Below, piece by piece: positions 62,342-64,000 of a stretch of 64,000 nt of DNA (position 1 is its first letter; every line of letters starts with the position of its first letter). The DNA is from Vulcanimicrobiota bacterium (GTDB lineage Bacteria; Vulcanimicrobiota; Vulcanimicrobiia; Vulcanimicrobiales; Vulcanimicrobiaceae), in assembly GCA_963777315.1 (NCBI GenBank), contig CAVZQC010000004.1, positions 544,001 through 608,000 of the forward strand. The letters are read 5' to 3'. Both the position numbers and the translations under genes were made by a program. The notes under the pieces are model-generated. The model had not been told where the DNA came from. It saw only the letters and a list, made by a program, of their open reading frames with translations, and made no database searches.

Positions 62342-63925
62342 CTACAGAACGGCCGCGTCGACGCGCTGCATGCCGGCAATGGCGCGAATCGCGTCGAGTT
62401 GGCCACGCGACGCAGGTTCGTCGATCGCCAGGACCATGAGCGCGCGGCCGGCGCGGGCGTCGCGCGCGACCTGCATCGTGGAGATGTTCACTCCGGTTGC
62501 GCCCAGGATCGTGCCCACACGCCCTACCATGCCCGGGACGTCTTCGTGCCGCGTCACGATCCAAGCCCCGTGCGGATTGACGTCGAGCTCGTATCCGTCG
62601 ATCTGCACGATGCGCGGACCGCCCGGCAGCACGGTGCCGCCGATGCGGTGGTCGCCCGCGTCGACGTAGGCCAGCGACGAAAACGCGGAAGCGTGTTTTT
62701 CGGAGACGACCTCGAGCGTTACGCCGATCTCTTGCGCAACGGCGCGCGCGTTCACGATCGAAACGCGACGCTCGGTCGTCGTTTGCAGCAGTGCCGCCAG
62801 AAATGCCGTTTGCAGCGGTTCGGTACTGCAGGCGGCGATTTCGCCGCTCAGATGCATGCGCAGAGGCGAGCGCAGCGCTCCTTCGAACAGTTGCGGCACC
62901 AAACGTCCGAGGTGATCGGCCACCTCCACAAAGGAACGCACCAGTTGCGCATCGGCACCGCAAGGCGCAGGCGCATTGACCGCACCAATCGCCGGCCGTC
63001 CTCGCAGCGCATCGGCGATGTCCGTCGCCAGTTCGATGGCGATGCGCTCGAGAGCTTCGTGCGTCGAACCGCCCAAATGCGGCGTAGCGATCACCTTCGG
63101 ATGCCGCTGCAGCTGCGCGCCGGCAGTGTCGGCCGCGGGCGGTTCTTGCGCAATTACGTCGATTGCCGCCGCCCGAATCGTTCCGCCGTCGAGCGCGGCC
63201 AACAGCGCGCGTTCGTCTACGATGCCGCCGCGCGCGCAATTGATCAGCACGGCGGTGGGTTTCATGCGCGCGAGCGCAGGCCCATCGACGATTGCGCGCG
63301 TCTGCTCGGTGAGCGGAACGTGCAGCGTGACGACGTCGGAGGACGAGAGCAGTTCGGGCAGCGGCAGCAGCACGGCTTCCAGTGCTCGGGCACGCGTTTC
63401 GGGAACGAACGGATCGTGAGCGACGACCCGCATTCCGAACGCTCGAGCGCGCTCGCAAACCGCACCGCCGATACGCCCCAAACCGAGGATGCCTAGGGTC
63501 TTGCCGTAGAGCTCGTTTCCAATGAACGGCGCGCGTTCCCAGCTGCCGCTGCGAACGCACGCGACGGCCTGCGGAAGGTGCCGCATCAAGGCGAGCAGCA
63601 GCGCAAAAGTCTGTTCCGTTGCTGCTATGGTGTTTGCCGCCGGCGTGTTGACGACCACGATGCCCGCCCGGGTGGCGGCGCCCACGTCGATCGCATCGAC
63701 GCCCACGCCCGCGCGTCCCACCACGCGCATGCGCCCGGCGCCCGCAAGCAATTCTGCGTCCACGCGGGTCTCGGATCGAACGATCAGCCCTTCGGCGTCG
63801 ACCAGCGCGCGCAGCAGCTCTTCACGCGAACGTCCAACGCAGTCGATCACGCCGATGCCGCGCTCCTGCAGCACCTCGCGGCCGCACGGCGCAAACGGTT
63901 CGGCGATCACCACTCGCATAGACAT
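62342..63925 (-). CDS. serA: D-3-phosphoglycerate dehydrogenase with ACT domain
   Basis: GRAGVGVD, GLGRIG, NCARGG, TPHLGGST.EA, C-terminal DVPG.VG..NISTMQV. Confidence 0.96.
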   Translation of the reverse strand: MSMRVVIAEPFAPCGREVLQERGIGVIDCVGRSREELLRALVDAEGLIVRSETRVDAELLAGAGRMRVVGRAGVGVDAIDVGAATRAGIVVVNTPAANTIAATEQTFALLLALMRHLPQAVACVRSGSWERAPFIGNELYGKTLGILGLGRIGGAVCERARAFGMRVVAHDPFVPETRARALEAVLLPLPELLSSSDVVTLHVPLTEQTRAIVDGPALARMKPTAVLINCARGGIVDERALLAALDGGTIRAAAIDVIAQEPPAADTAGAQLQRHPKVIATPHLGGSTHEALERIAIELATDIADALRGRPAIGAVNAPAPCGADAQLVRSFVEVADHLGRLVPQLFEGALRSPLRMHLSGEIAACSTEPLQTAFLAALLQTTTERRVSIVNARAVAQEIGVTLEVVSEKHASAFSSLAYVDAGDHRIGGTVLPGGPRIVQIDGYELDVNPHGAWIVTRHEDVPGMVGRVGTILGATGVNISTMQVARDARAGRALMVLAIDEPASRGQLDAIRAIAGMQRVDAAVL

Positions 63926-64000
63926 GGCGCGGGCGTACGAGCCAAGGGCCGCCGCCCCCTTGCGTCGTAGCCGTCGAGGTGGCCAAAGATGATGCGCACC

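Overview
High-GC bacterial chromosomal window; the gene style suggests a soil lineage such as Eremiobacterota/Vulcanimicrobiota (inference only). 1-26.7 kb is a surface-polysaccharide locus. It holds three GT-B glycosyltransferases, a Wzy/O-antigen-ligase-like membrane protein, an apparently complete WbpA/B/E/D/I-type pathway for a 2,3-diacetamido-hexuronic acid, a CapD/PglF-type dehydratase with a second aminotransferase, two tandem lipoprotein glycoside-hydrolase-like paralogs and two beta-propeller paralogs. Embedded on the opposite strand (21.9-24.8 kb) is the most interesting element, a four-gene cassette: hexapeptide acyltransferase, carrier protein, seryl-tRNA-synthetase-like amino acid:[carrier protein] ligase and an N-myristoyltransferase-like tandem GNAT, converging on a FemAB-like GNAT. 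It is a candidate tRNA-independent aminoacyl-decoration system for a glycan. The rest is mostly core genome: tig-clpP-clpX, seven tRNAs (tRNA-His has a non-canonical T-loop), SRP RNA, lepA, rdgB, hmgA/fahA/hppD, deoC, icd and serA with a PspA-like phosphatase. It also carries a GAF-GGDEF-STAND-TPR protein, a 4xPAS-GGDEF-EAL protein and an Egt1/OvoA-like sulfoxide synthase. Four genes are each broken by a single extra base, most likely sequencing errors. All product calls come from motif recognition by eye; no searches were run.
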